DNA of 64,000 nt, from NCBI GenBank assembly GCA_965204215.1, contig CBDBDZ010000014.1:1324588-1388587 (forward strand), given 5' to 3'. The stretch's first letter is position 1, and each line of letters begins with the position of its first letter. The translations under genes were made by a program, and so were the position numbers. Shown piece after piece: positions 18,254 through 26,448 of the stretch. The notes under the pieces were generated by a model. That model worked only from the letters and a program-made list of their open reading frames with translations, was not told the origin of the DNA and searched no databases. Source of the DNA: Pseudomonadales bacterium (lineage in GTDB: Bacteria > Pseudomonadota > Gammaproteobacteria > Pseudomonadales > GM7GCV1).

Positions 18254-19470
18254 TAAAGTTTATTTTTCAACAGATAAATAAGGCTTATATTACGCGTTTT
18301 ATTCAACATGTAGTGAAACGCTTTATAGCAGATAATTGCCAGCAACATGCCGCGGCGCTGACTTATATGACTCTGTTTTCAATCGTGCCTTTGTTAAGTG
18401 TGCTCTATGCAGTATTGGCATGGGTGCCAGCCTTTCAGGAAATTGGTGATCAAATACGCAATTTTATTTTTAGTAATTTTGTTCCTAGTGCGGGAAAAGA
18501 AATTACCCGGCATTTAACCGATTTTTCCAACCAAACCAGAACTTTAAGTGGGGCAGGAGCAAGTATTTTATTTGTGACAGTTATGTTGATGATGCGAAAT
18601 ATTGAAATGGTATTTAACCACATTTGGGGAAGCAGCAAAGCGCGACAGGGTTTAACAGGTTTCTTATTGTACTGGGCATTATTGAGCCTGGGTCCACTAC
18701 TTTTGGGGTTAAGCCTGTTAGCAAGCACTTATTTAATATCAGCCCAAGTGTTTGATTTTATCCCGATTATTCCGGGTTTAATTTTAGCGTATTTACCCTT
18801 TTTATTCACCTTCCTGGCGTTGACTCTGCTCTATTACGCTGTGCCCAATTACAAAGTTCCATTTAAACCGGCACTAATTGGTGGTGTAATTATTGCTCTT
18901 GTTATTGAAATGGCAAAGTCTGGCTTTGCATTAATTGTTGTCAATTCCAGCTATACTTCTATTTACGGAGCCTTTGCAATATTACCGCTTTTCCTGTTGT
19001 GGATTTATATCGTATGGGTGATTGTATTAATGGGCGCTGAAATAGTCAGAACAATGGAAACGCTGTCTGGCAAGTATCATTTTATGCAATGTAGCGATTT
19101 CTGTGTAGCGTTACAAGCACTGTGGTTAATGCGCCAGGAACAATTTAGCCATCATGGAATTTCAGATAAATCCTTGTTGAATTTAGGTTTGGATTTTGGT
19201 CAATGGGTAAAGGTAAGGGATAAATTGCTTGCGAATCGAATTATTACCGTTGCAGATAATCAGCGCTATATTATCCTGGCTAATTTAGACCAGCTTAATC
19301 TTTGGCAGTTAATGAATATAAGCGACAGCCGCTTTACCAATATTGATAATGTCAGTGGTATCAATGTACCGTGGAAAAACCAACTTGCTGCAATATTGCA
19401 GTCGATAGATATCCATTCTCAACAACAAATGGAACAAAGTGTTTTGGCGTTTTTTAAAGAGCCTTATTAA
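18241..19470 (+). CDS. YihY/BrkB (virulence factor BrkB / former RNase BN) family inner-membrane protein
   Basis: AAALTYMTLFSIVPLL, LGPLLLG and YGAFAILPLFLLWIYIVWVIVLMGAEI are collinear with E. coli YihY. A start at MQNSLKF gives the N-terminal length expected for the family. Confidence 0.85.
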   Translation: MQNSLKFIFQQINKAYITRFIQHVVKRFIADNCQQHAAALTYMTLFSIVPLLSVLYAVLAWVPAFQEIGDQIRNFIFSNFVPSAGKEITRHLTDFSNQTRTLSGAGASILFVTVMLMMRNIEMVFNHIWGSSKARQGLTGFLLYWALLSLGPLLLGLSLLASTYLISAQVFDFIPIIPGLILAYLPFLFTFLALTLLYYAVPNYKVPFKPALIGGVIIALVIEMAKSGFALIVVNSSYTSIYGAFAILPLFLLWIYIVWVIVLMGAEIVRTMETLSGKYHFMQCSDFCVALQALWLMRQEQFSHHGISDKSLLNLGLDFGQWVKVRDKLLANRIITVADNQRYIILANLDQLNLWQLMNISDSRFTNIDNVSGINVPWKNQLAAILQSIDIHSQQQMEQSVLAFFKEPY

Positions 19471-19490
19471 CCCAGATTATGCATTAGAAA
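19469..19490 (+). repeat. Rep-E motif copy (AACCCAGATTATGCATTAGAAA)
   Basis: It overlaps the TAA stop of the yihY-family gene (TTATTAACCCAGATTATGCATTAGAAA). Confidence 0.55.
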
Positions 19491-19537
19491 CCTGTTATAT
19501 CCAAAAATAACTTCAAAACACCAGATTGTTCAAAAAA

Positions 19538-19727
19538 TTAACGCTGTATTGACAAGCACAGTAATTATACCATTCCTAAAAATATCAGTATGATTAGTGT
19601 TATAGATGATTTTAAAAACTTGAGAGGCAGGATAGCCTCGACAAAGCTACAGGGATGTACTTGTGCGGTTTTTAAAATCATCTATAACACTAAATATTTA
19701 TTGTGATTGGTATTATGCAAAACTCTC
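19538..19727 (+). mobile_element. MITE-A arm interrupted by MITE-C at the ATTAT site
   Basis: TTAACGCTGTATTGACAAGCACAGTAATTAT [143-bp insert] ATTATGCAAAACTCTC. This is the same position that MITE-B hit in the 5882-6276 copy. Confidence 0.7.
19569..19711. mobile_element. MITE-C: 143-bp hairpin element with an ATTAT target duplication
   Basis: Flanked by ATTAT at 19564-19568 and 19712-19716. Contains a perfect internal 25-bp inverted repeat, TAGTGTTATAGATGATTTTAAAAAC and its reverse complement. The outer ends ACCATTCCTAAAAATAT... and ...ATATTTATTGTGATTGGT are imperfectly inverted. Confidence 0.7.
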
Positions 19728-19903
19728 AGGTTAATAATAAATTTATAACAAAATAACTATACTCCAGTTTGTGAGATACTCAAAATCGGCGATAATACCG
19801 AGCTAATATGTGGCGCGAAGAAATGCCACCGACGAGCGATAGCTCGCGAACCCTTGAAATACAAGAAAATCCGCATATTTTCGCCAGTATTTTAATGGTG
19901 ACT

Positions 19904-19932
19904 AATAAAATACGCAGGAGCGATATTTTATT
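19904..19932. repeat. Rep-D hairpin repeat, copy 2
   Basis: AATAAAATACGCAGGAGCGATATTTTATT followed by ACCAGGTTAATAA, about 30 nt upstream of the leuS ATG. Confidence 0.55.
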
Positions 19933-19963
19933 ACCAGGTTAATAATTGAATCACCCCTTTTTA

Positions 19964-22537
19964 ATGATAAGAGACTATAACCCACAAGAAGTCGAAGCTG
20001 CGGCTCAGCAATATTGGCAAGAAGCGAATCAATTTGAAGTCAGTGAAGATAGCAGTAAAGAAAAATTTTATTGTTTGGCAATGTTTCCATACCCCAGCGG
20101 TAAATTGCATATGGGACATGTTCGCAATTACACAATAAGTGATGTAATAAGCCGCTTTCAAATCATGCTGGGTAAGAATGTGTTACACCCTATGGGTTGG
20201 GATGCTTTTGGACTGCCAGCAGAAAACGCCGCTGTACAAAATAAAACGGCTCCAGCTAAATGGACCTACGGTAATATTGAATATATGAAACGGCAACTCA
20301 ATAGACTGGGGTTTGGTTTTGACTGGTCACGTGAACTCGCCACCTGTAAGTCAGATTACTACCTCTGGGAACAATGGTTTTTTACCCGTCTGTTTGAAAA
20401 AGGGCTCGTTTACAAAAAAATGGCAATAGTAAACTGGGATCCGGTTGATCAAACTGTATTAGCAAATGAGCAAGTAATTGATGGCCGCGGCTGGCGTTCT
20501 GGTGCTGTTGTTGAACGCAAGGAAATACCTCAATGGTTTATTAAAATTACTGATTATGCTGAACAACTGCTTAATGATTTGGACCATCTTAAAGGCTGGC
20601 CTGAACAAGTCGTACAAATGCAACGTAACTGGATTGGTAAAAGCAAAGGCATGGAAATAGATTTTGATTTAGAGCAGTCAACAGCAGCTTACAGCCGGCT
20701 AAGAGTCTATACCACCAGGCCCGATACCTTAATGGGTGTAACCTATATAGCAATAGCGCCAGAACATCCTGTCAGTTTACACCTTGCAGAAACAAATAAC
20801 GAATTACAACAATTTATTACAGAATGCAAACAAAGTGCCTCGTCAGAAGCTGCTATTGCCAAACAAGAGAAAAAGGGCTGCGCCACAGGCATTAATGTGT
20901 GCCACCCCATTACGGGTGAATTATTGCCTGTATGGGTTGGTAATTTTGTGTTAATGGAATACGGTCACGGCGCGGTAATGTCAGTGCCGGCTCATGATCA
21001 ACGTGATTGGGGATTTGCCAGACGCTACAACCTGCCCATTATTCAGGTTATTGAGTCAAATATTGATGTCTCAACAGATACAGCAGCTATTGTTGAACGC
21101 GGTAAGCTGATTAATTCAGCTCAATTTAACGGGATGGATTTTGAAACAGCTTTTGCAGCAATAACAGAGATATTGGAACAAGCAGGAAAGGGCAATGCAA
21201 CAGTACAATACCGCTTGCGTGACTGGGGTGTTTCAAGGCAGCGTTACTGGGGAGCTCCTATTCCCATGTTAAAGCTGGATAGTGGTGAAGATATTGCCGT
21301 TCCTGCCAATCGCTTGCCTGTGCTGTTACCTGAAGATGTGATAATGGATGGGATTAATTCCCCGATTAAGCAAGATGTCAGTTGGCGACAAACAGATTAT
21401 AATGGTCAAGCAGCAGAGCGTGAAACAGATACCTTTGACACCTTTATGGAATCATCGTGGTACTACGCTCGCTATACCTGTCCTGATTACAATGAGGCAA
21501 TGCTTGATACTGACAAAGCCAATTACTGGTTGCCGGTAGATCAATATGTAGGTGGTATCGAACACGCTATTTTACATTTGCTCTACGCTCGTTTTTTCCA
21601 CAAACTAATGCGCGATGAAGGCATGGTAAATAGCGACGAGCCTTTCAAACGCCTGCTTTGTCAAGGCATGGTATTAGCCAATTCCTATAGCTATGAAGAG
21701 CAAGGCACTAAACAATGGATCAAGCCTGAATCAGTAGAACTGCAACACGATGCTAAAGGTAAAGTGATAGCTGCTATAGAGAAATCATCAGGTAAAAAGT
21801 TGAATATTGAAGGCATGACAAAAATGTCCAAGTCAAAAAATAACGGTGTAGACCCACAACAAGCTATAGAACAATACGGAGCTGATAGTGTACGCTTGTT
21901 TATTATGTTTGCAGCACCACCAGAACAAACTTTGGAATGGTCGGAAAGTGGGCTACAAGGCGCGTGGCGGTTTTTGCGTAGGCTCTGGTCAACTTGTCAA
22001 CAATATGCTAATGTAAAGAACTTACAAGAAATAGAAATATCTGCAATCCATAAAGGTTTGCGCCGCAAAACACATGAAACCATTAACAAAGTTAGCGACG
22101 ATTATCAACGCCGTCAAACCTATAACACCGCTATAGCCGCAGTGATGGAACTGCTAAATCAAACCCGAACAATACTGGATAAGGAAGGTGCCACCGCTGC
22201 CGTAGGTGAAGCATTAAATACAACGCTATTATTGTTAAACCCTGTTGCGCCCCATATTTGCCATCAGCTTTGGAGCGATTTGGGCAATTCAGGTAATATT
22301 GCTATTCAGCCCTGGCCAGAAGTGGATAGCAGCGCCTTAAGTGTCGATACTATTACTTATGTATTACAGGTTAATGGCAAATTACGCAGCAAAATAGAGG
22401 TGGCAGCAGGTAGCGCCCAATCAAGCGTCGAAGAACAAGCAAAAGCTGATAGCAACATTGTGACCTGGCTGGAAAGCAAGCAAATTGTCAAAGTGATTTT
22501 TGTACCCAATAAACTGGTTAATATTGTTGTGCAGTGA
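19964..22537 (+). CDS. leuS: Leucine--tRNA ligase
   Basis: Contains the HIGH motif ([15 protein letters not shown]), the KMSKS motif ([11 protein letters not shown]) and the CP1 editing domain. I place the start at ATG 19964 ([11 protein letters not shown]...) rather than the TTG at 19946. Confidence 0.95.
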   Translation: MIRDYNPQEVEAAAQQYWQEANQFEVSEDSSKEKFYCLAMFPYPSGKLHMGHVRNYTISDVISRFQIMLGKNVLHPMGWDAFGLPAENAAVQNKTAPAKWTYGNIEYMKRQLNRLGFGFDWSRELATCKSDYYLWEQWFFTRLFEKGLVYKKMAIVNWDPVDQTVLANEQVIDGRGWRSGAVVERKEIPQWFIKITDYAEQLLNDLDHLKGWPEQVVQMQRNWIGKSKGMEIDFDLEQSTAAYSRLRVYTTRPDTLMGVTYIAIAPEHPVSLHLAETNNELQQFITECKQSASSEAAIAKQEKKGCATGINVCHPITGELLPVWVGNFVLMEYGHGAVMSVPAHDQRDWGFARRYNLPIIQVIESNIDVSTDTAAIVERGKLINSAQFNGMDFETAFAAITEILEQAGKGNATVQYRLRDWGVSRQRYWGAPIPMLKLDSGEDIAVPANRLPVLLPEDVIMDGINSPIKQDVSWRQTDYNGQAAERETDTFDTFMESSWYYARYTCPDYNEAMLDTDKANYWLPVDQYVGGIEHAILHLLYARFFHKLMRDEGMVNSDEPFKRLLCQGMVLANSYSYEEQGTKQWIKPESVELQHDAKGKVIAAIEKSSGKKLNIEGMTKMSKSKNNGVDPQQAIEQYGADSVRLFIMFAAPPEQTLEWSESGLQGAWRFLRRLWSTCQQYANVKNLQEIEISAIHKGLRRKTHETINKVSDDYQRRQTYNTAIAAVMELLNQTRTILDKEGATAAVGEALNTTLLLLNPVAPHICHQLWSDLGNSGNIAIQPWPEVDSSALSVDTITYVLQVNGKLRSKIEVAAGSAQSSVEEQAKADSNIVTWLESKQIVKVIFVPNKLVNIVVQ

Positions 22538-22538
22538 T

Positions 22539-22585
22539 ACTATTCCTAAAAAATATTAGCATGACACTAAATATTCGTGATTGGT
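22539..22585. repeat. Mini MITE-C (47 bp) filling the leuS-lptE gap
   Basis: ACTATTCCTAAAAAATATTAGCATGACACTAAATATTCGTGATTGGT equals the two outer ends of MITE-C without the central 25-bp-stem hairpin. The lptE ATG follows immediately. Confidence 0.6.
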
Positions 22586-23089
22586 ATGAAACGGTTAATT
22601 AATATTTGTCTCATTTTTTCGTTTTTACTGCTGACTGGTTGCGGCTGGCAGTTTCGCGGTGCTGGAACTAACCAGCAGTACGACAATATTTTTATTGAAC
22701 TGTCAACACCGCAGTATCTAAACTCGCAGCAGCAGAACTTTGTTGAGCAATTAACACTATTTATTCAGCGCAATAACTCGCCTCAAGCGCCAACGCATTA
22801 TCAATTGACACTGGGCAATTATTGGATCGAAACACGCAATAATTCACTAAGTAGCAGTAATACAGTACGGCAGCGTATCTTGTCAGCCAACTTGACTTAT
22901 ATAGTTAATGGTAATACTTATGAACATAACGCTCAGCGTTACTACTTTGAAAACGAGGAGAATGTACTGGCATCTGAAAACGAAAAACAGCGTTTGTTAA
23001 AATCACTTAATGACGAGTTAAGCCGTGCGGTATGGAGGCAAATCCAGCTTCTGCAACAATTGTCGACAACTTCTGAAATTACTCAATAA
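22586..23089 (+). CDS. lptE: LPS-assembly lipoprotein LptE (RlpB)
   Basis: Lipoprotein signal with lipobox LLLTGCGWQFRG, compared with E. coli AGCGWHLRD. It occupies the conserved leuS-lptE-holA position. The track's GTG at 22577 lies inside the repeat, so I prefer ATG 22586. Confidence 0.8.
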   Translation: MKRLINICLIFSFLLLTGCGWQFRGAGTNQQYDNIFIELSTPQYLNSQQQNFVEQLTLFIQRNNSPQAPTHYQLTLGNYWIETRNNSLSSSNTVRQRILSANLTYIVNGNTYEHNAQRYYFENEENVLASENEKQRLLKSLNDELSRAVWRQIQLLQQLSTTSEITQ

Positions 23090-23091
23090 CA

Positions 23092-24171
23092 ATGGATTTG
23101 CGTTTAGAACAACTCGACGATCACCTGGCGCAAAACCAGTTATTACCTGTTTATATTGTGCATGGTAATGAACCTCTATTGCACCAGGAAGCGCTGGATA
23201 AAATTCGGCAAAGCGCAGCGGCTCAAGGTTATACGGAGCGCAAACAGTTTCACGTTGACCAATATTTTGATTGGGATACGCTTACTGTTGAATCACAGTC
23301 GATGTCACTATTTGCTGAACACAAAATTATTGAATTGCGAATGCCCAAAGGTAAACCTGGTAGTACAGGTTCAAAAGCCTTACTGGAGTACTGCAATCAT
23401 ATACCTGAAGACCAGTTACTCATTGTCGCTATCGAAACCCTGGAAGCTCCCAGTAAGTCGAGTAAATGGTTTAAGGCATTAACCCAAAAGGGGGCGAACA
23501 TTACAATATGGCAGATTAACGGGCAAAACCTGGAGCGCTGGATACGCCAACGCTGTCAACAATCGCAATTAACCATTGAAAATGAAGCCTTAACCATACT
23601 TTGCCAACATATTGAAGGCAACTTGTTGGCGGCGCATCAGGCACTGGAAAAAATAAAACTGGAACGTGATGCCAGGGCGCAGGAAACCTTGCATATAACA
23701 ATGGATATGATACAACAGCGTATTAGTGATAGCGCGCGTTTTAACGTCTATCAGCTAGTAGATAAAGCATTACAGGGTAGTGCTCAGGAAGCCAGGCGTA
23801 TTTTACAATCCTTAAAGTTGGAAGGTTCCAGTACGCTTGCTATCATCGCGCCACTAACAGCAGAAGTTCAACGCCTGCTATTATTGTCAAACAAACAAAA
23901 AAGCGGTGAACATTTAGATGATAAAACATTAATGCAAAACGGTATATGGAAAAGCCGTCAACCTGTTGTGCTAGGTGCAATCAAACGTCTTTCTTATAAT
24001 CAATTGCAAATCATACATCGACAAGTTAAACACCTGGACAATGCAGCCAAAGGTCTGTTGAAAATGGATGTGTGGTTAGAAATTGATATACTCATCTGCA
24101 TGTTAGTGGGTATGCAACTGCATGATAAAACCACGCAAAAGCTCTGTTTGCAGCGCTATTACCAGAGATGA
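23092..24171 (+). CDS. holA: DNA polymerase III subunit delta
   Basis: 359 aa collinear with E. coli HolA. Matching segments include LPVYIVHGNEPLL.QEA, MSLFAEHKIIEL, EGNLLAAHQALEKI and RFNVYQLVDKAL. Confidence 0.88.
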   Translation: MDLRLEQLDDHLAQNQLLPVYIVHGNEPLLHQEALDKIRQSAAAQGYTERKQFHVDQYFDWDTLTVESQSMSLFAEHKIIELRMPKGKPGSTGSKALLEYCNHIPEDQLLIVAIETLEAPSKSSKWFKALTQKGANITIWQINGQNLERWIRQRCQQSQLTIENEALTILCQHIEGNLLAAHQALEKIKLERDARAQETLHITMDMIQQRISDSARFNVYQLVDKALQGSAQEARRILQSLKLEGSSTLAIIAPLTAEVQRLLLLSNKQKSGEHLDDKTLMQNGIWKSRQPVVLGAIKRLSYNQLQIIHRQVKHLDNAAKGLLKMDVWLEIDILICMLVGMQLHDKTTQKLCLQRYYQR

Positions 24172-25196
24172 AAACATTAACCATAACCCAACCAGACGAT
24201 TGGCACATTCATTTGCGCGACGGGCAGGCATTGGCTCATACTGTTGCCGCGGTTAGTGAGCATTTTGCTCGGGCTATTGTTATGCCTAATTTAGCGCCAC
24301 CAGTCACTAATGTAATTATGGCATTGGATTATTATCAGCGTATCAAAAATATCAACCCGAATTTTGAACCTTTGATGACACTGTATCTCACAGATGATAC
24401 AACAGAACAGGATATTGTGCAGGCGGCATCGGCAAAACAGGTACAGGCAATTAAATTATATCCCGCTGGCGCAACGACCAATTCAGCCTATGGTGTAAGT
24501 GATATCAACAAGCGTTACCGCATATTGGAGGCAATGCAAACTTATAATGTTCCATTGTTGGTTCACGCCGAAGTTGTTGAAGATACTGTGGATATTTTTG
24601 ACAGAGAAGCGGTATTTATCGAGCGTTACTTAAACGATATTGTCAAACAGTTCCCACAACTGCGTGTGGTGGTAGAACATATCACCACTAAAGATGCGGT
24701 TGATTTTGTTTCAGCACAACAAACAGGGCAGGTGGCGGCAACCATAACACCACAGCATTTATTGTTTAATCGTAATCATTTATTGGTGGGGGGTATCAAG
24801 CCCCATTTTTATTGCTTACCTGTCTTAAAACGCAACAGTCACCAGCAGGCATTGATAACTGCCGCTGTATCGGGCAGCCCCCAATTCTTTTTAGGTAGCG
24901 ATTCAGCGCCCCATGTTAAATCGCAAAAAGAATCAGCCTGTGGTTGTGCGGGTTGTTACAGCGCGAATCATACGTTACAACTCTACTCCATGGCATTTGA
25001 GCAAGCTGGTGCATTGGATAAACTGGAAGGTTTTACATCATTTTATGGTGCAGATTTTTATCAATTATCGCGCAATACAAAGAAAATACAACTAACGCAG
25101 CACCCCTACATTGTGAAAGACAGTATGCCGTTGGGTAGCTCGAGTGTCGTACCCTTACTGGCAGGTTGCGACCTGGGTTGGAGCGTTGTAACCTGA
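24168..25196 (+). CDS. pyrC: Dihydroorotase (homodimeric type II)
   Basis: Contains PDDWHIHLRDG, AIVMPNL, KLYPAGATTNS, VHAEV and GSDSAPH. Its ATGA start overlaps the holA stop. Confidence 0.93.
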   Translation: MKTLTITQPDDWHIHLRDGQALAHTVAAVSEHFARAIVMPNLAPPVTNVIMALDYYQRIKNINPNFEPLMTLYLTDDTTEQDIVQAASAKQVQAIKLYPAGATTNSAYGVSDINKRYRILEAMQTYNVPLLVHAEVVEDTVDIFDREAVFIERYLNDIVKQFPQLRVVVEHITTKDAVDFVSAQQTGQVAATITPQHLLFNRNHLLVGGIKPHFYCLPVLKRNSHQQALITAAVSGSPQFFLGSDSAPHVKSQKESACGCAGCYSANHTLQLYSMAFEQAGALDKLEGFTSFYGADFYQLSRNTKKIQLTQHPYIVKDSMPLGSSSVVPLLAGCDLGWSVVT

Positions 25197-25801
25197 TGCA
25201 AATTAAAGATCGTTTTCGGGGGTTTCTACCCGTTATTATTGATGTAGAAACCGCAGGCTTTAATGCCGAGACAGATGCGCTGTTACAAGTAGCTGCTGTC
25301 ACATTGAAGCTGGATAATCAAAATAATTTTAAAATTCATTCAAGTGAGTCTTTTAATATCAGACCTTTTGATGGTGCAAATATCGAACCCAAAGCACTGG
25401 AGTTTAATAGTATCAAAAATCCGTTTGATGAAAACAGAAATCTCTACAGTGAAAAAGATGCATTAAAAGCCCTGTTTCAACCCATCCGCCAGCAAGTCAA
25501 ATTATACGGCTGTAGCAGAGCAGTTATGGTGGCGCACAATGCACATTTTGATTTGACCTTTATCAATGCTGCCTGTAAGCGTCAAAATTATAAACGCAAT
25601 CCATTTCATCCTTTTTCATGTTTCGATACCGTATCGTTGGCAGGACTGGCTTACGGGCAAACTGTATTATCCAGGGCTTGCCAAATAGCGGGTTTAGGGT
25701 TTGATAATAGTCAAGCTCATAATGCATTGTACGATGCTGAAAAAACTGCACAATTATTTTGTGTTATAACCAATCAATGGAAGTTGGAAAACAAATATTG
25801 A
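25196..25801 (+). CDS. rnt: Ribonuclease T
   Basis: RFRGFLPVIIDVETAGFNAETDALLQVAAV, VAHNAHFDLTF and AHNALYDAEKTA are the DEDDh exonuclease motifs. The ATG at 25196 overlaps the pyrC TGA by 1 nt and is preferred over the track start at 25166. Confidence 0.9.
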   Translation: MQIKDRFRGFLPVIIDVETAGFNAETDALLQVAAVTLKLDNQNNFKIHSSESFNIRPFDGANIEPKALEFNSIKNPFDENRNLYSEKDALKALFQPIRQQVKLYGCSRAVMVAHNAHFDLTFINAACKRQNYKRNPFHPFSCFDTVSLAGLAYGQTVLSRACQIAGLGFDNSQAHNALYDAEKTAQLFCVITNQWKLENKY

Positions 25802-25811
25802 GATATTTGGC

Positions 25812-25840
25812 AATAAAATACGCAGGAGCGATACTTTATT
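25812..25840. repeat. Rep-D hairpin repeat, copy 3
   Basis: AATAAAATACGCAGGAGCGATACTTTATT followed by GGCAGGTTAATAG, 11 nt after the rnt stop. Confidence 0.55.
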
Positions 25841-25968
25841 GGCAGGTTAATAGTGCTATGCTCCTGGTTTAAACACAATATATAGTGGTCTTATGATTTA
25901 TTTACCTCTTATATTATTGTTTAGTCATTTTTTTTAATGTAATATGGGCATTGTACTTATGAATTTTT

Positions 25969-25990
25969 AACCTAAATTATGCATTAGAAA
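25969..25990 (+). repeat. Rep-E motif copy (AACCTAAATTATGCATTAGAAA)
   Basis: Same 22-mer as 19469-19490 with 2 mismatches. It lies in the long AT-rich region upstream of the giant gene. Confidence 0.5.
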
Positions 25991-26448
25991 TTGTAGCGAA
26001 AACAAAAATGTCAGTAAAAATAGTAGCTCGTGCAGGGATAATAAGCGGCAGCATAGCAAGTCTGTGCTGAGCATTATGTTTTGAGCAAGTTGATGTTTTG
26101 AACATCTTTTTGGGATGTAGCAGGTTGCTGGTGTATAATCTGGATCTAAGCTTTTCAATAAAGTCTACACACTTATTTATTCAGTCTTTGAAAACAAAAA
26201 ATAAAACTATAAAAGGATTTTCGTCAATTCATGGCTTTGTCACCAGCACTTTTTTTATGCTGTTGATAAGGATTGTTATTTGCTTTATTTTTTTGTTTTC
26301 CATGCAGCTTCATTCGCAGAGTAACGCTACGACAGTTGTTACCTTCCTCGGTACTGTCACTGAGATTGTAGAACCTACAGGCGGCAACTTTTTCTGAGGA
26401 AGTCGTGAAATTTTTAAACCCTGCCAGGTTAAAGGAATAATTCCCTAT

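Noticed and set aside
26098-26397. 99-aa ORF upstream of the giant gene with a hydrophobic stretch (also the 63-aa minus ORF at 25967-26158)
   Set aside because: It is an AT-rich intergenic-looking sequence with an alternative start, no ribosome-binding site and no recognisable motif. The F/L/I richness is what AT-rich DNA gives by chance.
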